The notes beneath the pieces were generated by a model. The model ran no database searches and was not told the DNA's origin. It saw nothing but the letters and a program-made list of their open reading frames with translations. This document shows, in pieces, positions 29,215 through 48,103 of a stretch of 64,000 nt of DNA (within the stretch, counting starts at the first letter, position 1; the number at the start of each line of letters is the position of its first letter). Position numbers and translations under genes: made by a program. Origin of the DNA: Eledone cirrhosa (lineage: Eukaryota); the NCBI GenBank assembly GCA_964016885.1, contig OZ024750.1:40176001-40240000 (forward strand), in the 5' to 3' direction.

Positions 29215-30323
29215 AGAGATTAATATACAAAAGTATATTTTATTACAGTAGTTCAATAAAAGGTTACTTTTGGCTCTCCCTGTACAAAGAGATACTTCTA
29301 TTTATTACAATGTTTTCTAGTTTTTGTAGAATATTGGTTGGAAGAAGAGTATATTTCAAGGCCAATAATTGTATAAACATTCTTTACTCTATCATCATTT
29401 GATATGTTTGTTTTCCATACTAGCAGACATGTCAATAAGTACTCTAGGTCTCTGGACCTCCAGGTAGGCCAGAAACTCAAAATACAATCCTGCACTCTGA
29501 CAAGTGCATTTTATCATTGCACCAACACTAAGAATGTTGTCAAACCTTTAACACAGCTGAAGAAGTCATCCAAACCCAATGTTTAGCAAGCTTTCTATGG
29601 ACGAATGCCCTTCTTTTCACCAACCACCTTACAGAATGTTGTGGGTGAAAGTTTATGATGTAGATCAGCAACAGGTTGTCCATGGCACAGCTGAAGAGTC
29701 ATCGAATCCTTTGGCAAGATTTCTATGGTTGGATGCGCTTCCTTTGCTATCACCAACCACTTTACAGAGTACACTGTATATGCAAGAGATGTTACTAAAC
29801 TATGTCAAAACTCTAGCAAAGAAATAAGCAGTAACACCACATAAGAAAGCAATGAAGTATGAAGTCTTAAGCGGCATGCAGTGAAGCACTTGAAATAAAG
29901 ATTGGAGATATGTAGTGAAGCAACAAAAAGTTTTTTTTATATTTCCCATGTGAACAGCTTAGATTTAATATGAATTATAGTTATCTTAAATAAGTTGTTA
30001 TTTAGATCATAATTTTCTATGTCAGTTAAACAAACAAACAAACTGAAATTACGTGTTTGTGAGTATTTATTTATATAACATGCAATTAATAAGAGTATTT
30101 TACAGACCAAAATCATTAACTATGGACTCTATAATTGTTGATTAAATGTTGGACTTATTTTAACAAATGATGTAAGTAGGTAAATAAGTTGCACTATTAC
30201 GATTCTTAAATTTACTAGTAAGAATTCAATAAGACAATTTATAAAGAACTTATTATCCTAGCAGACTTTGGTGTTTTTACTCCAGCTAAATATAAATGTA
30301 ACCCTTTTGATATCTGATATTAT

Positions 30324-30501
30324 CCCTTTAGCATTTAAATCGGCCGTATCCAGCTAGAATTCTCTCACCTCTTTCTGTTAAAACCAGCCATAAGTGGCTG
30401 TTCATACTTATGTTAAGGTATTGTTTTCAAAATAAATATCAAAATCTCTTAGATTCGGGAAAATCTAATAGTAAATATAGAAGAATATAAATGCTAAAGG
30501 G
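30324..30501. mobile_element. piggyBac-type MITE
   Basis: ccctttagcattta ... taaatgctaaaggg|ttaa, same family as 23227. Confidence 0.8.
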
Positions 30502-31100
30502 TTAAACCACCTAAAACCTGTCATGATTCTACAATACAAAACTGCTGGTTATAAAACATCTCTAAAATTCTTCCATCAAAATTTTATGTCAAGAACAGTT
30601 TTTTAACTTATTTCCACTTTAGACACAAGGCCTAATTTGAAAGGTGGGGAAAGTCGATTAAATCAACCTCCAGTACTTACTGGTGCTTTGTTTTCGCGAC
30701 CCCGTAAGGATGAAAGGCAAAGCTAACCTCACAGGATTGGAATGAGAGAAAGTTGCATCACTAAATCCCACTAAAACTTTCGTATTTGGAAAAAGATTTA
30801 TAGGCAGTGTTTCAGAAATATATTTTCTAGAGACAACACTATGATAACATGGAATTCTGACCAATAATTATTTTATTTGGACCTTGTTACAGCTTGTGAT
30901 GTTAACATAACCCCAGAATCTATGGTACTGCAGTAATTTCACAGGATCTTTCAAATAAATGGTCACTAAAAATAGACCAGAGATGAAACTGGAATTTTCA
31001 TTCAAGAGAACTAGAGAAGGTTATTGTCAGATAAAATAACTAAATGCAAGAAAGAAATATCTAAAATCCCAAGCCAAAATAATTCTAGAAACCAGAAGCA

Positions 31101-31475
31101 TGCGGGGAGAGAAGGGGGAGAGTGAGAGAAAGAGGAAGTGACAGAGAGAGAGAGAGTAGGAGTCGGCGCAAGAGAGAGTAGGAGTCGGAGTCAGAGCGAG
31201 AGAGAGAGAGTAGGAGTCGGAGTCAGCGCGAGCGAGACGGAGTTAGACAGCGCGTGAGAGAAGGTTAGAAGCCGGTATAGAAGCTATATTGACTAAATAT
31301 TCTTTCTACACAGGAGAAAAGCAAGTGGAACTTACCCCATTGTTTATAATAAGTAGGACTGGTTAGTGTTGTAGTAGTATAGAGATTACCTAACTGTTAG
31401 ATTAAAATTAAAATTAATCAAATAAAGAATACCATGATATTTATATAGGACATATTTCAAGTCTTATTTCACACA
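31101..31475 (+). mobile_element. Possible solo LTR
   Basis: TG start, GA-rich internal repeats, AATAAA, then ...tttcaCA end. No convincing TSD. Confidence 0.35.
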
Positions 31476-31570
31476 AAAAAAAGTCAATTTTTTAACTGAT
31501 ACTGTAGAGTACAAGAAATCAATATGAAGATTACCGATTCCACACCAGCTGAAATAAAACAAAGGTCACA

Positions 31571-31724
31571 GACAGACTGTGCCCCATTTGGCTTTCTGAA
31601 TGGCACATCTAATTTCAAAAGACAAACTGTGCCCCATTTGGCTTTCTGAATGGCACATCTAATTTCAAAAGACAAACTGTGGCCTTTTGGCTTTCTGTTT
31701 CTGAATAGCACATCTAATTTCAAA
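31571..31724. repeat. 50 bp tandem repeat x3
   Basis: gacaaactgtgccccatttggctttctgaatggcacatctaatttcaaaa. Confidence 0.9.
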
Positions 31725-32510
31725 ATTACTTTGAATTCTTTTTATTAGTATGAGTCTCATCCTATGCAGCCCACTGGTCAAATCACGTTGCCCATGACTG
31801 CAATAAAACAATAGATCTTTCTGCTGGATCAAGGCTGATCTGGGGTGACACAAACAAACAATTTACCATATCACAATGGCACAGAAAATACTAATCAGAA
31901 TTGTATTTAGTTCAACAATCCTTCAACTATTTTGAAGCCAAAACCAACTGAAACCAGAACTTGATTCTATGATTACAAAACTATTTTAACCCTTTAGCAA
32001 TTTACATTACTCTATATATACTATTATATTTTCACAGTAAAGGATTTACTTCACATAATATCGACTCAATGAGATTTTGATATTTATTTTGAGTACAATA
32101 CCTTAACATAAGTATGAGCAGCTGGTTATGGCCTGTTTAAACAAAGACATAAGAGAGTTCTAGCCAGATACGGCCAGTTTATATACTGGGTTAAAGTTTT
32201 TATATATATCTAAAAATCTTCCATCATAATTTTATCTATACAAACTTTCCATAGGTAGCGTTTTTTTTCATGAGAAATGTGGTACTAAAAGGTTTTAAAA
32301 GCTGCTATTGTCTAACATGTATTTCACACAACTGCCAACATTGAATCATAAGTTTTATAACAATTGATTCAATACTAGAAACCTGATTTAAGAAAGGCCA
32401 ACAAGACAAACAGGGAAATTAGCCTTTAAATGGCAGTAGTGGTATAAATAACTTTGATGTACAGCATAACTTTAATTTTCTTTTCTTAATTCAGTGCTGC
32501 TAGAGTAATT

Positions 32511-32630
32511 AATTGTTTCTACTTTAGGCACAAGGCCAGCAATTACCCCAGTGCATTACTGGTACTTTATTTTATCAACCCCGTAAAGATGAAAGGCAAA
32601 GTTAACCTCGACAGGATATGAACTCAGAAT
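32511..32630 (-). mobile_element. tRNA-derived SINE, 5'-truncated
   Basis: Reverse complement of the 41790-41910 segment. Confidence 0.85.
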
Positions 32631-33362
32631 GGCAAGGGCCGAGAACACACACAATTTAAATATAATCTATTTTTCACTATCATAAAGTATAAATTATAAT
32701 AAATTTAGTTACATTAATTAAACAACTTGAATTTCTTTAACAAGTATCTTTCTAAATATTTCTTTAAAAAAATTTTTAAAAAAGCCCAGTTTAACATCAC
32801 CATTTGAGTGTCTATATTCCACTCTGTAGTAAGCATTTGGATGAGGTCCCCAATTTAAGGATAGCTTACGCCTTCCGATCTGTCTCAGAGGCGCTGAGAT
32901 GTCCTGTAGTCCCTAGCCTCTACTCCCTGACTTCTAGTCCCGTATTGACAGTGTTTCTAAAGTATTTTAAATCTTGTGAAGCCCATGTCTCCTCTCCAGC
33001 TCTGAATACAGCAGATTTCTTCCAGAGAAGAGTGAGAGAATGGTAGTGACAAAGAATGATATAGAGAAAGAATCAACCCAGTACTTGGCTAGAACTTTTT
33101 CTATTGACCTCGAATGGATGAAAAGCAAAGTTGGTCTCGGCAAGATTTTAACTCAGCGAGCAGAGAGCCAAAACAAATGGTGCAAAGCATTCAAATTCAA
33201 CGCCTTCCTCCCTAACTTAGTCAATACAATAAAATTGTAGAAGTTCACGGGAAGATATGAATGATAATATTATAAAATATCCTATATTAGACAAGTGTTT
33301 AGAAATATTCCATCTGCCAGTGATGTTCTATCAGACTATTTTCATCATAGAAAACAGACAGA

Positions 33363-38011
<4,649 letters not shown>

Positions 38012-41000
38012 GCCAATAACAGGACATAATTGTTTTTTAAAAATTGTCTTTAATAAAAAGAAAACTCTTACAAAGAAAAAATAATTAAAAAGTTAACTTT
38101 GCAGTCATCTGTTTAAATAGATTCGGAAGTATCTCTTAGATTAATCTTTTCTAGTTTTTTTAACTGGATTGTCTTCTTCAAAGAAACAATTCACAACTGG
38201 AAATAGTCTTTTATCTCTACAATATCTTGAGATTAATATGTGGCTCATTGCTTTTATTATGAAAATTGTCAATGTTTGTGAATAATTTTAATATTTGAAG
38301 ACAATAGAAATACTAAAATGAATTTAAACAGAACAAACAACACAAAACAATATCAACTATTTAGTTTAAAAGACATGGACAAACTAATGATGACAAGCAA
38401 ACCATGCAAACATTTTGAAGCACATTTATGAAGCTTTGCTCTCGATTTTAGTATCTCCCCCCATTCAAAGATGTAATCATGACTCCTTATATAAAATTAT
38501 TCCATGGCTTCTATGGTGTTGTATCCTTGGAGTAATAAACTTAAGAAAATGTTTGAGAAATAAATCAGCACATTTCTGGCTATTGTGACCTTCTTAAACC
38601 AAATAAACCAGAATTTGTTAAAAAGTAAATACATCTTTAAATTATTAGTGCAGGCTATAAAGTTTAAATCTCTATAAAGTTTTCTTAATTCTTAAGCTCT
38701 ATTTTTTCCTTTTGCCAAACACTTCAAATTCTGAAGTAACAATTTAACTTGAACATTGTTATATATTAAAATCATTGTTTAATGTCCATTTTTCCTTTCT
38801 AGCATGGGTTTGAAGACTTGTTCCTTTCAGACAAATCAGATCAGATGATATTAATAAATTTAATTCTCCCTGGTAAAAATAACTGCAATGTTTAATAATG
38901 GACAAAGGCAATGTATCTATTAAGTTCTAGATTCAATCCCTCTACACACTACTTTGAATGTCTCTTACATAAGGTTGAGCAAAAATGTCTGACAGAAATT
39001 AGACAGGTTTACTCAAGACAAGTTGAGCAGTGATAGTTTTATTGTAATTTCACTTAAACAATGATCGGATGTTTATTAAATATTTCTTCTTCTAAGTGAA
39101 ATATTTTCGTACTTAAAAACAGCATTTTATATTTTACAGAAACCATCTTTTGGGATCTTTCTTACTACTTGTCTAAAAGCATTTTCTCCAAAGAATGACT
39201 TAGGTATATGGAAATGTGAAGAGTATAAAATATTCTTCACGTTTTTAATTCCATTTTCATCCTTTTTAACAATTGAAGCCAAAGCATTTCAGATTTTCAG
39301 AAACAATTACAATTGCTTTTGTTACTGCTTTCATTAATACATATTTTTCTCTGCTTTCTTTTAACTTTCTACAATTTACATTTTGTTGTGGCAGAATACC
39401 ATTCTTATTCTTATTAATTGGTAACTTGTCAGGTTTCCTTTAGGAGACATTTTGCTGTTTGCAAGAACCTGGGCCAGGTCACCAATCTGAAGACAATTTT
39501 CCTCCTGCCAGTTGCAGTGGTCCCTCAAACTGATTTACCATTCCTTATTTGAGTTTAAAAAAAAAGAATTTAATTAAGTAAAACTATCTCAGTAGACATT
39601 GTATGGATGCAACAGCAAAGCTTACAACTCTCAGAACATTCTGGTTTGTCCAAGAGTCGGGACATTCTGGTTTGTCCAAGAATCAGGGTGTGTTAACTGC
39701 TTTATTAATTGATTTATTTTTACCTAACCATAATGAAATATTTTACAGTGCAAAGAATTGAGTTAGAATCTCAAAATTTAAAAAGTCAAAAATGGAAAGT
39801 AAAGTACTTACTGACTCCTGATGAGAGGATGAGAAAAACAATGTTACAGATATTAGAACCAAGAGAGAAAATATAAGGAAAGAGAAGAGGAATTTAAAGC
39901 ATTAACTTTTAATAAATCATGTAATAATGATTACAGTGTGATATGTATACAATCCATGCTAAGTAGATAAACATGAAATATACTCCTTTAAGTAACAATG
40001 CAAGGTTCTTATATAAAATTATGTTGGAAGATTTTAATTTAAATGAGAAACTTTTAAAATATGTGGTTTTATTTCATAGAACCAGAACTGCTTTTGGTTG
40101 GGTTGGTTTTTAAAAGGTTAAATATAAAAAAAATACTGCTGCTTGATGTCAGAAGATTTTAATTTGGCAAAATACATCAATACTTCGACTAAAAAAGATA
40201 GCTTCTATATTGATAAATTTTTTAAGTACTAATTTCAAATGTACTATGATCATTTAATTTAAGTCAAGTATCACCAAACTTCTCTTTTGTGGAATCTTTG
40301 ACCTGTCATTGACCTCAGGCATTACAATATAAACCAACTAGATAAAGTCTACTTGCAGAAATCGTTTAGTCAACGATTTTATTGTATTTTATATATTTCA
40401 CTTATACAAATATCAGGGTTTGGCCCATAAGTTCAATGGATACCCTCACTATTCCCCCATCGAACGGCAACGGCGATAGTGAGGCAATGTCGAGCATGTT
40501 TGAGGGGATATGGGGCTCTTATCAGCTAGATATATCAAACCGATTTATTTGAAAAAATAAAATAAAAAGAAAAATACTGCATTTAATGCTATAAGATTAT
40601 ATTTAAATTATAGTTTTGTTCCTAGTTTTACTAAGTACAATTTTTACATAGCTTTATACAATAGTATAAAAGTTATATTTATCCAGCTTAATAGATATTT
40701 TTAAATAGGAAGTATTTTTTTAAAGTCCTGTACCGCACGAAGTAGCATTAGCAAAGCTTTCGTAAAACCTACAAAACATTATGAACCACAATGTCTTTTA
40801 TATTGCAAATTGTCAACGATCTGTCCACTAGAAAATATACCATACACATTGGTATTAAACCCATTTTTAGATATATGTTTTTGCTAGATTATGTTAAAAC
40901 AGGAGACATGAAATTTTAATAAAAACCAAATTATCAACTTTTAATTCTCAATAAAAAATGAAAAAAAGCATTTGAAAATTATTTTATCAGAATATTAATG

Positions 41001-41727
41001 GGGGGAATATATTTAAAGAATAATATTAGTGAGAATATGAACAGCGGTTAATACTTCGACAGCGGATCAAACTCAGCCATAAATATGGACGAGGCTTTAA
41101 AATGCAATGTTAAAGAAGTATTAGGAGTTGAGATTCAAGATAGAGACAACACGGCAGATTAAAAAAAAACCGTCAATTTACTCTAAACTTTTATATTGAC
41201 AGGATTTTCTGAAACCGAAACTTAGATTTTCCAACTAAGGCGAGTCACATAAAACAAACTTAAGATTTCCAAAATTAAAGTGACAGTGTTTGCTGTATAA
41301 AGTGAACGGGTTCTCGGGTAGTAGAGGCTTCACACAGTACTGCGAAGTACCCAGTATAATTGGAGTTTTAGACAAATATTAATATAAGCAAAAATGGCTA
41401 TAAACTACTCAAGTGTATGGAATATTAAACAATATAGAACGATTGAGATGAAATACACGAGGCACATAACCGTGGTTTTGCATCAATAATGGATTTAACC
41501 ACTAAAGCTATTCCGTCATGACTAATGGATTACATTCGTATATTGTATATATCAAGGACTTTTCCACTCAGGTCAGGAAATCTTCAGAATTCGACAGGTA
41601 AATACTTAAATACTTTTAATTTCAATTTCAGAGAGTGAGATGGGACTGGAAACGACCAAGTACCGAGAATTAAACTTTAAAAAACAGTGGACATAATGTC
41701 GATATATTTATATTGTTGCCATTCAAA

Positions 41728-42040
41728 CGGTGGATTGGCAGTATAAGTAGAGGGTCGGACGCCATGCTTTCCAGCATAGTTACGTCCCTTTACGATCTGA
41801 GTTCAAATCCCGCCGAGGTTAACTTTGCCTTTCATCCTTACGGGGTCGATAAAATAAAGTACCAGTAATGCACTGGGTAATTGCTGGTCTTGTGCCTAAA
41901 GTAGAAACAATTATATTGTTGCCATTCTGAGTTCTCAAATCCTGCCGAGGTTAACTTTGCCTTTCATCCTTACGGGGTCGATAAAATAAAGTACCAGTAA
42001 TGTACTAGGTATTTGCTGGCCTTGCGCCAAAAGTAGAAAA
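41728..42040 (+). mobile_element. Young tRNA-derived SINE plus a tandem partial copy, with a 17 bp TSD
   Basis: A box tggcagtataag, B box gagttcaaatcc, body ctttgcctttcatccttacggggtcgataaaataaagtaccag. TSD ttatattgttgccattc at 41708 and 41911, partial at 42041. Confidence 0.88.
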
Positions 42041-42437
42041 TTATATTGTTGGTCTTTCGTTATAGTTTTCGCCACTTTTACATTCATTTTTCTTTAATCA
42101 ATTAAATAATTATAAAATATAAATAATTATAAAATATAATATATTTTTTGTGGAAAAGACAAAGTGATGTCCCATCCAGGCTGCGATATTTCCTTTTAGA
42201 AGTCATTCTGAATTTACATACACAAAAGATCAATCAAGTACCATTCATTTTTATTCTATCTACGGCAGTTGTTGTCTACTTAAAACAAAGAAAGCGCATG
42301 ACAATGATTAAAAAGCACGCTTCACCATCATGCAGCTCGGGGTTCGATCCCAGTGTCTGGCATTTGAGTGTCATTTACTGGAAAACCAAAGGTTTGTGAA
42401 TGAGAATAGGGTAAATTTATAATTGAAGTACACCCCC

Positions 42438-43083
42438 CTCATTCGATTTCAGTGGGAAAATTTTTTTCTCTTTTTTTGTGGCTCCAATATTCGATTTTTT
42501 TCCCGGAGAACGGAGGCGGGTCCCCAGGATACCCCTCCTCGGAGTTTTACGTTTTTTTCAAGTGTTACACCCCAAACCAGTAGGAAACTAGATTTGTAGA
42601 AAAAGTAGAGTGAAAAGACCATCGGAGTTTCGCAGGTCTACGCCTCTCACGTTTGGTGGGAAATAATTATTTTTCCCATTTTTTTTCTGATTACTTAGAA
42701 GCTTACAATCTACCCCCCCCCCCTCTCCCGGAAAACGGAAACCCTAACCCTAATCCGGGAAAAAAGTCGATTGCAAGCATCTAAGAGGTCCAGAAAAAAA
42801 CAAATATAATTATTTTCCACACAACCTGAGGTGTGTGTAGATCTGTGAAACTCCGTTGATCTTTTCGTCCCCTTTTACTCCACTTTTTCTACAAATCTAG
42901 TTGTTTCCGACTGGTTTAGGAGTCATATTCGTTGATAATATGCGAAAAACAAAACTCCAAAACCTCCGACAACACCCTCTCTAGTTCTCCGGGGGAAAAG
43001 ATTATTTCCAGAAACTTGGAGGTTAGTTTAGTTAGTAGCACACGAGAGGAGGGACCCCCCCCCCCTCCACTGAAATAGAGTGG
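42438..43083. mobile_element. Foldback element with long imperfect inverted arms
   Basis: atttcagtgg/ccactgaaat, cccggagaac/gttctccggg, actagatttgtagaaaaagt/actttttctacaaatctagt, ggagtttcgcaggtctac/gtagatctgtgaaactcc. The centre has accctaaccctaa. Confidence 0.8.
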
Positions 43084-44534
43084 ATTGTTCTATAATACCG
43101 AAAATAGTCGTAAACTATTTTGAGGTGGTTTGAATGGATTCTGTCTGTAAAATCAAAAAGGCCAGCTTTGTCACAGTGTTCCAAGGAATGTCTGTGGAAT
43201 GCTCAGTCACTTAGTCATTGGTATGGTATAAGTGTTAGGTCCCATAACTCCTGATGAGGTTGTGTGGATGCCGTAGTGACTGACATACGGCGTTTTTCGG
43301 ACATTTTAAAACTGGCGGAGCACTACATCTCTCCAAGCCTCTGAAACATAGAATTCTTTCAAAGAAGAAGAGAAAGAATCAACCCCAGTAGTAGACTGGT
43401 ACTTTTTTTTATCCACTTCGAATGGATGAAAGGTAAAGTTGACCTCGATGAACTTAGTTAATATAACAAATAGACTGTTCTACTAATCGAAGAACTAGGA
43501 TACCTGATATCGAAACTAACGGAGGTCCAATTTCCTTTTTACTAAGAAAGAGTTACTTTTTTGAAGTCAATTTACGAACCTTTCTTCCGATTGGTAAATT
43601 ATATCAAAAGACTTCTATTGTTTTACAACTTTCTCTTTGGTAGAAACGAAACTATAGTTTACCCTATCACCACCACTTTTGTTAATAGATATTTTAAATG
43701 GAATCTCACAAAGATACGTTATAGTGTGTGTGTGTACAGTGTTGGTTTGTTTCACACTTCATAGTTGAAGAAATGACAGCATTCTTGTAGAGAACATGAC
43801 ACATCGATATTATCATTACCATAGAAGACATGATGAACTCATCTGTGTGTTTATGTTTTTAGTCTACTACCAACATAGAAAGTATTTATTCAGTAATTAT
43901 AAAAGTTTTGATAACGAACAAGGCTATGAATAATTTAATTAATTTTAGAAAATAAATAATTAGAAAAAAATAATTTTATATATTTTTATTTCAACATAAA
44001 TCATAATCTACATAATGGAAAATGTGTCCCTGTAAAATGTCATTAAAAATATATATTTTAAATAAAGTTGAGAGAAAAAATCTGATTCGAGGAGGGGGGG
44101 GGGGGGGGGGGGGGGGCACCAAACTGTGGTTATGCAGGAAGAGGGAGCACTATGACAGATTTCACCGTAAAACAATGTAATAATCAATACACATTCTCTG
44201 GTTAAATTACAGCATTGTGTTAACTTTTGGGGTTACTTGTGTATATAATAAAACGTAGATATTATTGATATTAATTTAAAATATTTTAATACGGTTTGGA
44301 TCCTTAATATCTAAAGGGTTTCGATATATGAGATGTAAAAATCGGGACAATGGCACTAGTGAAGTATATGCAGAGATAATTAAAAATTACATTTAAAAAG
44401 AATATAAAATACAATTTATATTTACAAAAATATCTCTTAAATTTCGGAACATAATTTCTCGAAATATATTTCATTTTCGGGAAGAATATAAGATTTCACC
44501 AGTTAAATAAAAATTCAAAATTGCTATATTGTAT

Positions 44535-44760
44535 CGAAAAGCGCGCCAAAAAGTAAATAAAGATCTAGTACGTTAGGTACTAAAGAAATTGTAAAATGTT
44601 TAAAGTAGATTAGATTCAAAGTTTACTTTCAGAAAATAAACCTCACTTGGTTCGTGAAAATTAAAAGCTGAAAATATTTATAAATAGAACCCTAATCTTT
44701 TGTACTCCCCGCCCCCTTCGTTGTCGGGCGCCATTGTCAATACGACACCATTTTTAAGGG
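44535..44760 (-). promoter_or_regulatory. Candidate CpG promoter/enhancer inside the innexin intron
   Basis: E2F-like gcgcgccaaaa (44541), GC box ccccgcccc (44707) and YY1-like gcgccatt/caccattttt in an otherwise very AT-rich region. Confidence 0.4.
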
Positions 44761-46724
44761 ACATGTCTCTGACCCTTATTTCAATTTAGTGTAAGAACAA
44801 TAAAAACTACAGGAAGATATAAAAAAAATATATTTTAAAGCTGATTAGGATGATAAAAAAAGTATATTTTTGTCATATAAAATAGGTTTAGAAAACATTG
44901 GACCAACTCAAAACATTTGTTTATAAAGATATTCTCAAAAGTTATCTATTCTAACAACCACGTTTTTAACATTATCAAATTCACTCAATATATACTATAT
45001 CAATATTAATAACTAGAAAGCAGAAACTTAAAGGGACAAAAACGACTGAACACCTTAAAAAAAACATGCATGTCAAAACTATATATTATCTCATATATAT
45101 ACTATAATACATATATATATAATATTTGCACTTATAGAAATTTATATATTTATTTATAGAAATTCGTTTATATATATATATATATATATATATAATGTAT
45201 GTATGTCAACTAATTTCTATAAATAAATATTTTTTTTAGAATGTTAGGAGGAAATCCTTTTTAAAAATATGAGGGAAAATGTTGCAGGAATTAACACTTA
45301 AACTTCGAACTTCCAAAAGTCGCAAAAGAAAACAACAATGCAATGAATTAAGGAACAATAAGGGAACATGCTTCCTATTTTATTGAAGGCATGTGATATG
45401 CACATGTGTACATATAATGCTGAGTATTCTTCGACTCATCATTGTCAGTTCTCCTTCCATTTCACTGGCCTTTTTAGTGAGAAATCCCTAGATGCAGCAC
45501 AGAGATGGAGAAGGGAGAATATATCGACTCACAATCTCTGTCTCGTCATTGCAGAAACATTCGGGAAATGCATAAGGGAGGAGGGGGAAAAATTGATTTA
45601 TAATTTAACAAACATTTTGGTTGATATATTATCTGAACCATTCTAGTTGTGGTTATCTCATCCATCACAATAGTCAGATATATTATTGACTAAGGTCAAT
45701 ATTCCAACTTTCAAACAATCTATGTTTTTTTTTGTTTTTTTATTAATACAGATACAAATAAATTTATTTAGTTCTTGGAGATGTAAACTATTAAAAGCAA
45801 AAGACAGGAGCAATTTGAAACTAGCATCCCTTAAGAATTGCCGCTCGCCATTATTAAGTAAGATACCTTATTTCAGAAATCGAAACAGTTTTAAAAACTG
45901 AAGATGTAGTTATTAAAGGAAAACGCAAATAAAAAATATATATTTAGGAAATTCTTTAAGAAAAGCAAGAGATTTGGTTTCAATAAAACAATAACTAACC
46001 TTCAATGTAAAAAAAAAAAGAAACTACGCGAAGTAGGAATGTCAGACACGTGTTATATTGCTTATTTACATTCAGAATTTTCACTATTTTAATAGAACCC
46101 CTCACATTTTCTTTTTACTCTTAGAACTTGCTATTAAGCGGAAATCCCTATAAAAACCACCTTAATTTAAGGTTTCCAGTGGAATTGTTAAAGAGTAATT
46201 CCTTACATTTATAATAAATAAAACTCGATAATATCTGCTCCCTCCCGGCATTGATGTTTGTAGAATTTCATAGGGATGGATATATAGATATATATGGATA
46301 GATATTGATATAGATGTAGATATATTTGTGTGTGTGGAGAGAGAGAGAGGGGGAATATTATGGGTGCTAGTAATTAATTTTATATCCAGGAGATAAATAA
46401 ATAACAAAAGAATTAATCTATAAAAGTCAGTCTAAACATTTAATATTCTTTAGAACTCGTCCAGCCAGCCAATGCTGGCAGAATAGAAGAACCGTTAGCT
46501 ATTGTGAATATAATCGAGTGTAAGAAAGAAATCCTACAATTTTCTTTCGTTAATGGCATTAAAATGTTAGACAAGTTAGAGCTAAGGAAAATTAATTAAT
46601 TAGAAAGAACTTTAGCAGCGGAGTTACTTCAAATAAAAAACTTTTAGAACATGCAAGTAGAAAAACATTCCATACGTTTAAGTACGGTAATGTCTTCGGT
46701 AGAAGTTTCAATAACTGTACTTAC

Positions 46725-46935
46725 ATGTTTTTTCTCTTTTGTATCAACTACAACTGATGTTTAACTTTGGAGAAAAAAAAACTACGAAAAGGAACTTTTG
46801 TGTTGTTTATGAGGGATGACAGATAATATAATCTGATTAATTTCCTTCATTAATGTCGCTGCTTTTTTACCCTTCTAATTTGTAGTTGTCTCCGTTTCAG
46901 GCACATGTTTAGAAAGTCCCTTTAAAGGTTGATAC
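46725..46935 (-). CDS. inx: Probable innexin exon 1 (5' UTR plus 'AT' of the split start codon); 5' boundary uncertain
   Basis: Minus strand ...gagaaaaaacAT|GTAAGT, a perfect donor at 46724. Joined to G|GTG TGG it gives AAAC ATG G and MVWGVFGSF. An Inr-like TCAGT lies near 46934. Confidence 0.6.
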
Positions 46936-47556
46936 TGAAAGCAGATTTGTTGTATACATACAAGCCCTATGCCGAAAATCCTATGTAGAGAAACTTATAA
47001 AACTGCTTGACGACGGGAGAGGTAGGAGGTATATTCTCTCAGGTCGACAATTTATTTTGTGACGAGAATTTCCTAGCTTTTTCAGTTAACAATGACATTT
47101 CTCTCTCTCACTTATACCACTACGTCTATCATGTTTTCCCATACCTCATCCTTTCCCCCACCACTCTAGCTTGTCTCGACAAAATGTTATCTCCTACCCT
47201 CCCCCTTACTCTCTTTAGCTATCACCCGTTTCTTCCTTTTGTTTTTCATTTTATGCTTTTTTCTTTCCTTCAACTATCCTCGCTCATTCGCATACATACA
47301 CCTCACAATTTTATTCACTTTCTTATCGTCTTAACTCTGAGCCAGCTGATGTTTGATCAAAAAGCTTCCAGTCGTGACCCACTCGTCTTATTTAGGCATT
47401 TACTCGGGCGATTTAGAGGCTGTTTCTAGCCGGTCGAGTTACCAAGTTGGTTTCTCTCATTTTCGTTTGTTTGAATCTAATTATTTTAGTACACTACACA
47501 ACACACACATACACATTACACCACACACCACACACCACACCACACTACACCATTAA

Positions 47557-47771
47557 CCCTTTCGTTACCATCTTTCTAATAAAAGACACTGCTTGTTAGT
47601 TTAAAAGAATGGAGAATTGCGAATGATGTAACTAACTGTATCGTTGTTAAGCTGGTGTTTGGAACATATTAAAATAGGATGGAAAGTTTTTAGATAAAAC
47701 TAAACACAAAATAAAGAACACTGCACCATAGAACCTAGGACAATTTCAGGCGGTCTGGAGCCAAAAAACGG
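47557..47771. mobile_element. piggyBac-type MITE, second subfamily
   Basis: ttaa|ccctttcgttacca ... aaacgg|ttaa. A reverse relative ends at ~17390. Confidence 0.6.
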
Positions 47772-48103
47772 TTAAAAGTACATAGACACACACACATATA
47801 TACATACAGACACATACATATATATATACATACACAGACACATACATACATATACACACACACAAATACACTGATTTCAAAGTGGATATATGATACTAAG
47901 TATTGTTATATGTAACATACGAGATTTTAAATACAAAAGTCCACGAGGAAGTCACTAAGTGATCACTTGACTTGTTAGAAAGAGCAGCCAAATCTCCCTC
48001 AAATCACAGCCCTACTATTAGCTACTGTATATTCTGGACTGTCACTGTAATTCTCAATTCTAAGGAAGAGTTTCTTAATCTTTGGAAAATTTCTATATTT
48101 ACT

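Noticed and set aside
39815-39850. CTGATGA..GAAA motif and an adjacent minus-strand gtaagt donor
   Set aside because: No stem II. As an innexin first exon it has an in-frame stop and no ATG.
43250-43360. CTGATGA...GAAA as a possible hammerhead
   Set aside because: Stems I-III do not close properly and the homologous copy at 8960 lacks the core.
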